Of a stretch of DNA of 20,949 bases, positions 10,794 through 20,949 are shown piece after piece. The notes beneath the pieces were generated by a model. It searched no databases, was not told the DNA's origin, and worked only from the letters and a program-made list of their open reading frames with translations. Where the stretch lies: positions 24,698,533-24,719,481 of the forward strand of contig JANKJI020000004.1 of NCBI GenBank assembly GCA_024626585.2, written 5' to 3'. How positions within the stretch are numbered: position 1 is the first letter of the stretch; each line of letters starts with the position of its first letter. Origin of the DNA: Ginkgo biloba. Taxonomy: Eukaryota; Plantae; Ginkgophyta. Both the position numbers and the translations under genes were made by a program.

Positions 10794-11695
10794 ATGGAAT
10801 ATCAAGGGAGAGCACCAGTCGAGGACTAGGAGCCATATACATCAGTCTTGGATGTTCCTAAGGAACTGCTAAACCTACAACGACTAATGCTTGCAATAAA
10901 GTTGTCCAAGTATCATTAGGCACCACTACAAGTCATCACATTGATCCATCAACGAAGCTTATCCCACGACCTAGCTAGGAAAAATCTATTCTGGATTTCA
11001 CATCAAACTGAATTGAAATGATTGAGTAAAATTTTTTGAGCAAGAATTGGACCAAAACGATTGTGAGTTATCCAATCATGAGACATGGAATCCCATGTTC
11101 ATTGCTAATGTCATCTAGATAGTTGTATAGGACTTGGTGCAGAAATTGAAGGATTTGGCTTGGGTTGTGAGCCAAGAAACATGGGATGCACATGCCCAAG
11201 CATGAGAAGCTAAGCAGAAATTAAAAATTATTAAGGAATTTGTGAATGCATGGTTTGCAGATTTGGATTCGAAATCTGATGCCTATAAAAGATTCATGAT
11301 GAGGTTCGAGAGGAAAATCCCTCTAGGATTGGAGCAAATAATTCCAAAGTTTGGGGCCTGAATCTTATTGATTGATTGGGAACAAAATGAATTGCATGAT
11401 GTCAAGTTAGAAAAGATTGAAGCAATTATGGTTGCCATCAAAAGCCCAGGAAGCTCCAAAGAAAACAAAGGCAGAATTTCAGGAGTTGCTTGAGGACACA
11501 ACCACAACAAAAAGGAAACTAGTGGCAATAAAACAACTTACCCATGCCAATATCAAGCACCAATTGGAGATGAATTTGCTGGAAGAAACTAACATAGAGC
11601 TCATTTGTTTACTGCAGCAACACAAAATACTTCTTCTGCCAATGTCCAAAGTTCATCCAAGCCAAGGAAGAAGTGAAAATTTTCAAAAGGCGTAA
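10794..11695 (+). pseudogene. Decayed unknown ORF with a helical/coiled-coil C-terminus inside the LTR-bounded block
   Basis: Long protein-like stretches broken by occasional stops and frameshifts: MEYQGRAPVED*EP.., EAKQKLKIIKEFVNAWFADLDSKSDAYKRFMMRFERKIPLGLEQIIPKFGA*ILLIDWEQNELHDVKLEKIEA, KTKAEFQELLEDTTTTKRKLVAIKQL..LEMNLLEETNIELICLLQQH. No gag/pol motif was recognised. Confidence 0.5.
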
Positions 11696-11764
11696 CCTTT
11701 CAAGAAAATTTTGAAAATTTGCAATTGAAAGAGGACATTCAACACTACTAGCTGACAAGTTGTA

Positions 11765-12490
11765 TGTTGGTTTCTTCGAGCATTAACTTGATTGCAATCA
11801 CTATCGATTGTAGCAGGTTAAAGTATTCATTTGCAACATGATCAATTTATTGGTCACTCCCAGTTGGCATTCATTGGTCATTACTGTTTTCCAATTATCA
11901 ATCGTAGAGATTCTACAATCATCAATCACTTCTAGTTTAGCAGTTATCGATCGCAATAGAACTCTAGTTATCAATCGTCGGATAGGCAAGCAAGTAGCGA
12001 CCAAACACACCAAAGGTTAACTCAATTGTAATAAAATACTAATTGGTTGATTAAGTTAGTAACACCATTGGTTAACGAAAGAAAGCGAATGTTAAGATCT
12101 ACTATTGAAAAGGTACTATTGTACTCTATTTACGATTGTAAGATGCAAGGCAAACTCATCCATGTTTTATGCAATTATATCTCATCTTGAATATCATTCA
12201 CCTTTGTTCTCTCTCATAGTATTTGCTCATTCTTACTCTATGTTTGCATAAAGTATTCCATTCTGCAATGATTCGCCTTAAGTATTCTTTGTTATGAATG
12301 TTAACACCTGAGAGACNNNNNNNNNNNNNNNNNNNNNNNNNNNNNNNNNNNNNNNNNNNNNNNNNNNNNNNNNNNNNNNNNNNNNNNNNNNNNNNNNNNN
12401 NNNNNNNNNNNNNNNNTCGACCCTTATTTTACCTAAAGTTAAGATTTTAAAGGAGCTAAAGGTGGGTGCTTGAGTTCTAAACCTTAAGAA
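11765..12490 (+). mobile_element. Possible third, unrelated LTR-like segment
   Basis: Begins TGTTGG shortly after the ORF end. It has repeated TATC(A/G)ATCG motifs (11800-11990) and a T-rich U5-like stretch. It is partly masked and the end is uncertain. Confidence 0.3.
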
Positions 12491-12491
12491 G

Positions 12492-13095
12492 TGTTGAAAA
12501 AAATGATAGTGAAGCATATTTACACTAGTAATCAAGGGTTTTTGGGTCACCAAGTGTATGATCGGTTGGGCTGCTTGGGCGACTTACTTAAGGGTTTTTC
12601 TCGCCGAGAGTATGGCCTATTGGGTTTCTTAGGTAATTCAATCCATTCTCCTTCGCCCTTTAGTGGTTGTAATTTATGTGTAAATTGCACCCTTTATTGA
12701 CATCATTTTTCCTCTGAATACCATATGTTCGTTAATTTGAGTTAATCTCTTTTCTGACATTTAAGTTATTTTTTCATTTTTAATAATGGTTGTAATTTTC
12801 TTTTTATTGCTAACTGGGTATCAGCAAGCGGATAATGGATAATTAGCGAATGGCCTAANNNNNNNNNNNNNNNNNNNNNNNNNNNNNNNNNNNNNNNNNN
12901 NNNNNNNNNNNNNNNNNNNNNNNAATGAATGACGTAAACGATGCCAACGAATGACCTAAACACTGCCAACGAATGACCTAAAGGCTATCAATGAACGGCC
13001 TATAAGAACTGATGAACACCTGTTGTCGATCAATGAACGTCGTTGCTGCGCGACTGTGCAACCAATGTATGATGTCATCTATGTTTTTTATAACA
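12492..13095. mobile_element. LTR-like repeat, copy 2 (~604 bp, partly masked)
   Basis: Starts TGTTGAAAAAAA and ends TTTTTTATAACA. It is a direct, diverged homologue of 8896-9482 from 12551 onward, including the 22-bp array (cores at 12822, 12844, 12945, 12967, 12989, 13010, 13031). Confidence 0.78.
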
Positions 13096-14367
13096 TTAGA
13101 AACTTATTTATTAGAAGATGATAATAAAATGGAAGAAACCAACCTTTATTATTCATAACTAAGGAATCCTCATAGAAAACTAGATGTTGGGAGTAGCAAA
13201 AAATAGAATAAAAGAGACAAAAAATCAAGATCTGAAATTAGAAATGCATTGATAGAGGTAATCAACATGGGAAATCAATTAAGAATAGGCAATATGGGGA
13301 TGTCCAGTCGAAGGCAATCAAACCAATGGACATATTAACTAGAACATGAGGATTGGGATCACTCCGCAAACAAAAGATCTTAAAAAGGAAGATTTTAAAA
13401 ATTGCACCCAACTTGGTGTGTATTCAAGAGACCAAGTTAAGAAATGAAAGAATAAGGAAAGTAGCTAATTACATTTGGGATGGTTGCAAATTTTAAAAGA
13501 TAAAAGTAAGTGGGTGATCAAGGGGAATATTACTCATGTTGTCTAATAACTTCATGCAAGACATGGAAATCAAAATGGAGAGGAGTTGGATCATGCTTCA
13601 AACTCTTAAACGATCCCTAGGACTATATGATTTTTAATATAAAAAAATTAAATGTTGGAACTCAATTTGGGATATTGTTAAACAAGTAGTTGGGTTTAAT
13701 ATCATCATATGTGGAGATATTAACACAATTTTAGAACCCGAGGATAAATGAGGAGGCATATTTACTCAAGATCCTGCTAGAGATGCCACTAAGAATGGCA
13801 TGGACAAATTCAACCTAATAGACGTTCATCCAAAAATAAGTTGGTTCACATGGCCTAATAGGAGATAATGTAGAGGTATTGAGAGATGGCATAGGTTTAT
13901 TATTTCCTCCTCTTTATTTTCTTCTCAAAACACAATTGAATCTAATGTGTTGAGAGGTTTTCAATCCAACCATTCGTCGGTGTCACTTCAATTTAGCCCA
14001 ATTTTTTCCAAGAAAGATCCCCTTCAAGTTTAACCTAGTTTAGATCAAACATTCATCCCTTCTTGCAAACATTACTAACTTGTGGCATGAAGGAAGGAGA
14101 ACTTGATTATGGGACATCAATGCACAAATTCCACAAAAAATTTCAGTGGGTTAAATTCAAACCAAAATCATGGGTTGAAATAATGATGAAAAAACTAGAT
14201 GCCCTCAAGGAAAGTATACTTAAGGAGTCAGATGAGCTCCATCAAGAGATTCTATACGAAGGTAATAATATTGAGCGATGTCAAAGGGAGCAGAGGATTT
14301 TAACATAATTGGAAAAGATCCAAGATCAAGCAAAAGAAACCTAGAGGTTGAAATCCATAATGGTTTA
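13096..14367 (+). mobile_element. L1-clade LINE, 3' continuation: ORF1 tail and decayed ORF2 AP-endonuclease (ATG 13326), lost at the masked run
   Basis: MDILT..GLGSLRKQKILKRKILKIAPNLVCIQETK, IICGDINTI (cf. GGDFN), FTWPNRR, ERWHRF (cf. RLDRF), SNH (cf. SDH), PFKF, KFHKKFQWVKFKPKSW. The RT domain is not visible. Confidence 0.92.
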
Positions 14368-14699
14368 NNNNNNNNNNNNNNNNNNNNNNNNNNNNNNNNN
14401 NNNNNNNNNNNNNNNNNNNNNNNNNNNNNNNNNNNNNNNNNNNNNNNNNNNNNNNNNNNNNNNNNNNTCTCTCTTCGTCACTTTCTGAAGTGAACCTACT
14501 AATAATGACCATACATGTATTCGCTTGATTATAAAACTTGTTTCTTTTCATAGCAAGATGGTTTCTCCATATGTGTAAATATTTGTAATCAAATGGATGC
14601 TTCTATTTATTTATGCCATGAGATGTCAAAACTCGGTGTTATGGTTTTTTTCTTATTTTTTAAATAATCTATAAATATTATGTGGATAATGCTAAGAAT

Positions 14700-17600
14700 G
14701 CATATATTATAAATGTTCAGTATACAACATCAAAGCTAGATGTAATGTAAATTTCTATTCTTGATTAATAAATTTAGTTTTAATATAAAATACTCATAGT
14801 TTATAAATTCCATTGTGAATGGATATTCTTGAAAAGTTCCTACTTTTAGGTTGAGATTGATATCCATAACGAGAGCACAAAAAACATCACACAAGGAAAG
14901 TATAATATAGATACATTAGTAATTACTACTCCTTTAACATTATAACATTAAAAAATAAGGAGGTAAAAGTGAGCACATAAATTACATTTCAACCACCATG
15001 GCATTGGACTCTGGGTAGGGTTTTAATTAGCTTAGTTAAGATAGATTGAGGTAAGGGTTTGTGTAATTAACTTTTGTAAATAATAAAATCAAGATTGTTC
15101 TTGAACAAGAATTGTAGGAATTTTAGTCACTCTTATANNNNNNNNNNNNNNNNNNNNNTTTGAACAATAACAATTAGGAGAGTATCCCCATTTAATTATG
15201 CAAGCACAATATATGCTAACATAAATTTGGAAGTTTATTATTGATCAACAATGAATGTATGTATCAAGGAACAACTTTGTATATAGGCAACATATGCATT
15301 TTGGACAATGAATAACTATCCTAGCATTCTAAACCTCCTACAATTCCTTTTGGAGAAAACAATCAATACATGCACAATGAGAAAAAAGGGGCAAGTACAA
15401 GAGGTCAAGAAAATAAAAGAGGAGCTTGATACTAAAGAGAAAGTTGGTGGAATTCCTTACCACTAATTGAAGATTAACATAGGCCAAAAAGACAACAAAA
15501 AGGTTATATATTCATGTATAAAACATGGATTCAAGGGAACACATTGGAAATAAGTAATCAAGAATAAGAGTTAACCATAGTACCAAACTATAATTACTAT
15601 GACATCTCAGTCTATAAATTATTTTCTCAACAAATACTACTATAAAAGTAACATATTTAATTGCATATNNNNNNNNNNNNNNNNNNNNNNNNNNNNNNNC
15701 ATGCTGAGGAAGGTCACTTTATGACCCCCCTCCTTTCATGTTTGTAATTTTTTTACCATGACGTCATTAACATAAAGTTTTTTAAATGAAAAAAACGAGG
15801 ACATAATAAAGTAGCATAAACATCCACTTAATCCTCTCTCAATCGATGATACGTTTGAAAATATTGTTATTAGTGCAACAACTCTTTGTTGGATGCACTA
15901 ATAGACCTTACTCAATATTAATGAACTAGTAATTCACTTTGTTTCTATCAACTAGTAAAATTTAGAAAGGCATAGCTCAAATGCCATATAACAAATATTT
16001 TTTTTCTAGATAGATGGCATACAATTTATTTTCATCTATTAATAGAAAATCACTAGTTAGAAATAAAGGGAAATTACTTTCAAGGAAGTTATCCAAATTA
16101 GTGGGGCCATGACACCAAAGAGTGAATGATCATAATCCTCAATGTAGATACTCAAGCCCTAGCTATTATTGTATTCTTTATTGCTAAATTACAAAAACGT
16201 TACAAAACACTTAACTCATAGTCTATATATGCTATTGTCAATAGGTTTTCTTGAAGTATTCTTTAATATTGAGATTGGTATCCAAAATAATGAGTGCACA
16301 AAAACCATTATATAAAGGAAGTATTATATAGACATTGGCAATGGTGGATCCTCCAATATTGCATAGATTAAGTCGAGAATGTAAACACATGGAATGCATT
16401 ATAACCATTGTGGCATTAAAGAACGACCAGGGGTTCTATTAATTTGGGTAAGTTTGACTAAGGTAAAGGTTTATGGGGCAACTAATTGTGTACAATAAAA
16501 TCAACGTACTTCATTTTATACATACTCAAGTTTTGTCTTATAAGGGATTCATATTCACTTTAGTTCATTGAATTTGAACATGCATTTTTAAAATCTTTAT
16601 GGAGTTATAAGTAAAATTCTAGTTACTCCCTTAGTAGGTAAATGTGCTTTCTTATGAGTAGCATCTAGAATTTTACACAACAATAAGGCTTTCCTATTTA
16701 CATTCAAGAGTAGTTAAAGCGTGTATAGTTTCTATTGACGTAACTTTTGGAACTTTAATATTGCTCGTTAATGAATGTATCTATCAATGATCAACTTCAC
16801 GTTTGGGGAGCAAATGCATTTCGAATAATAGACAACCATCTCCCATGGCTTCTTTTGTGAAAAAGTAGGATGGAGTTTCTTACTACCAAGGGAAGATTGG
16901 CACAAAGCCAACAAAATAAACGAACTTAAGTGTTTAATGTGTATACAAGTTTACTAAAACCATAAAGTATGACATTGATTACATTGTGTTGGGATTTCAA
17001 AATCATATGGCACCCTTCATTCTCAACAAAACTATGAAAAAAAAGGTAGAAAATCAAGANNNNNNNNNNNNNNNNNNNNNNNNNNNNNNNNNNNNNNNNN
17101 NNNNNNNNNNNNNNNNNNNNNNNNNNNNNNNNNNNNNTACCAATAGAAACTATTGTATTAATACAATTGATGGCAACTTCTATTTTGTCAAATTAACACC
17201 ACAAAAATTGTCAATGCAGTTGAATACATTGCTCTATGCCTCAAACGTTTTGCAAAAAAATCCATGTCCTTTTCATTTATTGCCATTAACATAATAAATG
17301 GCATACAAAGTCACTCCATACGATTACAATCAATGATACTTTCTAATAGCACACCTCCTTAGAGTTGGGGGCACCTATATGCAATGTTCATCATTTTTCA
17401 TAATGGTCTCCTCAAATTCTATAATTTTTCATAGTGGTTCTACGTTAGAGGAGGAATCTTATCAACTAGTAATTCACCTCCTCTCTATCACCTTCATTTA
17501 TACTATTGTACTTTTTTTGTAATGCATAGCTCAAGATACTCGAAGAGTATACAAAATGTTTAACAACTACATAAGAAGAGATTTGCTTTCCTATGTTAAT

Positions 17601-18250
17601 AAAAAAACAAATACTTGAAATTAAGGGACTAAGGGAACCATGAGACTAAAAAGTGATTAATCTCATTGTTAAATGTAGATAAGGGCAAGTCCAACCTACA
17701 AGTGTGCTCTTTATGACTAAAATTGCAAATGCTTACATCTAACTCATGGCCTACAAGCATTATTATCAATGGCTATTGTTAAAAGTTGTTCTTTATGGTT
17801 GAAATTGATATCCACAAGAAGTGGAGAAAAATCATCACATTAAGGAAGTATTATGTAGACACCTTGGCAGTCATTGCTCCTCTAGCATGGCATAGATGAA
17901 CCAGGAGTAAATCAGTAGCACCTACATTACACTATAACCAGTATGAAATTGGACTATAGGCATAAAGTAGGGTTTTAATTAGTTTAGAGAGATTTGCTGA
18001 CATCAAGGATCATCCGAACAACTATTGTGTATGATAAAATCAAAGTATTGGGATTTGTTTAACTAATTACCAAGGGCATGCTTTCAAATGAAAGTCCTTA
18101 AGTTTAAAAATATGCATATTATTCCCTTTATATATAGGAAATTCATTATTTTACATGGTTGTAGGCCTAAACATGATGAGATACCCTAGTATTATGTTCA
18201 ATAACAAATATAGGAGTTTATATTATAATTCGATGTGGATTATATAGATT
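14700..18250. repeat. Ancient tandem array of about three diverged ~1.4-1.5-kb units
   Basis: Colinear anchors: ttgaRattgRtatcca at 14851/16269/17799; aagtat(a/t)atRtaga in all three; ataaaatcaa at 15083/16495/18034; atgaatgtat at 15251/16771; aactagtaattcac at 15924/17464; gcatagctcaa and aatgtagata in units 2 and 3. Confidence 0.88.
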
Positions 18251-19915
18251 GTGGATCAAAGTTCTATGGGGTTGGCAAAGGTTATGTAGTAAATCATCCT
18301 TAGTAATAATGAAGGATCCATTGTCCACAACCTCAACCATGCATCTTTCAACTTTTCAATCATTGAGGCTATGGATTAGGTTTCTTAGAATGTGATGAGG
18401 TTGTCATAGAAAATTCATAAAGATATGTAGTATACAATAAATTAAATTAATAATTTAGTTTCTAGTTAGGTTCTAATTATAGAATCATCATATTTTGGTT
18501 GAGGCATGGGTGGTAGAATACCCTCTCATGGTGNNNNNNNNNNNNNNNNNNNNNNNNNNNNNNNNNNNNNNNNNNNNNNNNNNNNNNNNNNNNNNNNNNN
18601 NNNNNNNNNNNNNNNNNNNNNNNNNNNNNNNNNNNNNNNNNNNNNNNNNNNNNNNNNNNNNNNNNNNNNNNNNNNNNNNNNNNNNNNNNNNNNNNNNNNN
18701 NNNNNNNNNNNNNNNNNNNNNNNNNNNNNNNNNNNNNNNNNNNNNNNNNNNNNNNNNNNNNNNNNNNNNNNNNNNNNNNNNNNNNNNNNNNNNNNNNNNN
18801 NNNNNNNNNNNNNNNNNNNNNNNNNNNNNNNNNNNNNNNNNNNNNNNNNNNNNNNNNNNNNNNNNNNNNNNNNNNNNNNNNNNNNNNNNNNNNNNNNNNN
18901 NNNNNNNNNNNNNNNNNNNNNNNNNNNNNNNNNNNNNNNNNNNNNNNNNNNNNNNNNNNNNNNNNNNNNNNNNNNNNNNNNNNNNNNNNNNNNNNNNNNN
19001 NNNNNNNNNNNNNNNNNNNNNNNNNNNNNNNNNNNNNNNNNNNNNNNNNNNNNNNNNNNNNNNNNNNNNNNNNNNNNNNNNNNNNNNNNNNNNNNNNNNN
19101 NNNNNNNNNNNNNNNNNNNNNNNNNNNNNNNNNNNNNNNNNNNNNNNNNNNNNNNNNNNNNNNNNNNNNNNNNNNNNNNNNNNNNNNNNNNNNNNNNNNN
19201 NNNNNNNNNNNNNNNNNNNNNNNNNNNNNNNNNNNNNNNNNNNNNNNNNNNNNNNNNNNNNNNNNNNNNNNNNNNNNNNNNNNNNTATATATTTTACATT
19301 TTATATATTGAAAATATTCGCCAAATATATATATTTATATAAAATAAGCCACTCCTTAAAATTTTCCCTAACATAAGCAAATGTAATATTTGAGAAATAG
19401 ATGGCAAAAGATTTATATTCATGTGTTGGCAAAAATTTATAGTTAAAATTAGTTATGTATTACTTTAAAGCAAAATGATAAAATGTTATAATCAGATAAA
19501 AAAGAGAAAATGCGAACAGTGACAAGTCAAGACAGTTCTGATATATAATCACAAACACAGTAGAAAAATCACTCTTGTGCTTGTTAGAGAGTTTTTATAA
19601 ACTTTCCCCCAAAAAAGAAATAATTAGACTCATTTATCTGCACAAGAAATTTCAAACTATTCATTGCTTGCATAGAAGGTAAGATACTTCCTACACCGTT
19701 TCTTTTGTAATTTTATATACTCTATACTACATCATTTCCTGGAACAAACTCCAATTCTTCCACCTCCATTATCATAAAAAACTGAAATGATAACCTTCCC
19801 AAAATAATTCTAAAAGCACATTGGCACATGGGCCCCAGGCCATTTTAGAATCCAAAGGAAGATATGCTACTATCATGGAGACCAAGTAATGTGAATATCA
19901 ATCATCAACTGCTCC

Positions 19916-20072
19916 TTAGTAAAGTGATTTTATAGTATTAACTCGCTGCATTTTGCTCTGATTCTTCGCAACCTTTTCCTGTGTCTTCTCGTTGTTTGAT
20001 ATAGCCTTCTCTATTGCCTTAGCTTTTCGAACCTGTTGACCTCTTCTCTTCGGTGCAGATCTCTTCATGATT
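19916..20072 (-). CDS. Last coding exon of a small basic plant protein (uncharacterised family, possibly nucleolar or ribosome-biogenesis related)
   Basis: Acceptor ttttgttatgcAG at 20074-20073. The 157-nt exon reads (R)IMKRSAPKRRGQQVRKAKAIEKAISNNEKTQEKVAKNQSKMQRVNTIKSLY* with TAA at 19918-19916, and its phase matches the upstream exon. Confidence 0.88.
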
Positions 20073-20224
20073 CTGCATAACAAAAATAAAACATGTCAGC
20101 ACTGCTAACGTGTATTACTAACTATTTCGATCATATTAGGTTTATTTTCAAGTATTCATAAGAAGCGAATAGAAAACTAATATGGAAAATCAAGACCAAC
20201 ATCAAGCTGGAATGAAATTCGAAC

Positions 20225-20279
20225 CTGTTAGCTACACTAAGCCGGACATTTGAAATATTCTCTTCTGATGTGTCCATTG
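20225..20279 (-). CDS. Penultimate coding exon of the same gene
   Basis: Acceptor ttcttctatgcAG (20281-20280). The 55 nt encode (A)MDTSEENISNVRLSVAN(R), followed by donor GT at 20224-20223 and a 152-bp intron. AMDTSE matches my recollection of this plant family. The first exon probably lies beyond the window. Confidence 0.85.
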
Positions 20280-20487
20280 CTGCATAGAAGAAATCCACTG
20301 CAAGTCAGAGGTTGTGATTATCTAGATGGATAAAATTTGAGGAAAAAGCATATAGCAAAGTTGGCAGATGAAAATTAGAAACTTCACATGAAAATCTCAG
20401 GAGCATTTTCGAGTTCATACATTATTATAATACATAAGAAACTACTTGGGAGCTAAAAAACAGAGCTACTTACGACCCAAAAAAGAT

Positions 20488-20612
20488 AATATCTTGCATA
20501 TTTTTGAAAATGGAATGGGAAATTCCAAATATAAATGACAAAAGTAATATCTCCCATATTTCTGAAAATTGAATGAGAAATGTCAAATATAAATGACAAA
20601 GGAGATGTCACC
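20488..20612. repeat. ~59-bp tandem duplication in the intron
   Basis: aatatct..catattt.tgaaaat.gaatg.gaaat..caaatataaatgacaaa occurs twice in direct succession. Confidence 0.85.
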
Positions 20613-20949
20613 AATGTAGAGGGCATTATTCCCAGAATGCTGCAGGTAATTAATTGCAAGAAAGAAGACGAAAGGTAACATGTAAGAAGAAACATCCACC
20701 CCTTTGACACCAACATTTTATCATAAAGATAACTGAAAGGTAGAAGAAAAGGGACATCGTGCACCAATATAACAGATCACAGCCATTTACAATTTACGAG
20801 GACTCTTGTTACAAATACTCTGCTGATCCTTCAAATTCTCTCTGACCGTGTTTATGTCTCTATTGTCTTTCAAGCAGACGGATTTAATACTCACATATAG
20901 CTGATGGTAATGTGATTTTCACATTAAAGGTAGGCTCTAGCCTATTGAT

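Noticed and set aside
16060-16230. Penelope/Dryad RT-like reading on the minus strand (YIED..FTLWCHGPTNLDNFL)
   Set aside because: It needs a frameshift, is not preserved in the paralogous unit, and the upstream G.AMG motif is absent or wrongly spaced.
17850-18040. LINE ORF1 zinc-knuckle or Ulp1 protease-like readings on the minus strand (ILDVSKSL; NDCQGVY)
   Set aside because: Key residues are not conserved across the three repeat units; likely chance.
20453-20767. 104-aa hydrophobic ORF on the minus strand
   Set aside because: It lies in the T-rich intron of the gene, spans a tandem duplication and has no recognisable motif.

Overview
AT-rich eukaryotic DNA that looks like a large plant genome. 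A gymnosperm or conifer is my inference from the retroelement flavour. Many N runs (masking or gaps) break the window. About three-quarters of it is a graveyard of nested, decayed transposons: (i) 1-3830, several Ty3/gypsy pol remnants, mostly on the minus strand, one with an internal ~260-bp duplication, plus one plus-strand integrase 3' fragment; (ii) ~6720-14370, an L1-clade LINE (ORF1 with DUF4283-type domain and zinc knuckle, ORF2 AP-endonuclease), split by a ~4.2-kb block that is bounded by two related TG...CA LTR-like repeats and carries a decayed coiled-coil ORF I do not recognise; (iii) ~14700-18250, about three highly diverged ~1.4-1.5-kb tandem units of unknown origin. The only intact host coding sequence I found is the last two exons (minus strand, 19916-20279) of a small basic plant protein (...AMDTSE...RKAKAIEKAIS...KSLY*), which the ORF track misses. 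I found no RNA genes or CRISPR arrays. All protein similarities come from reading translations by eye; no database searches were run.
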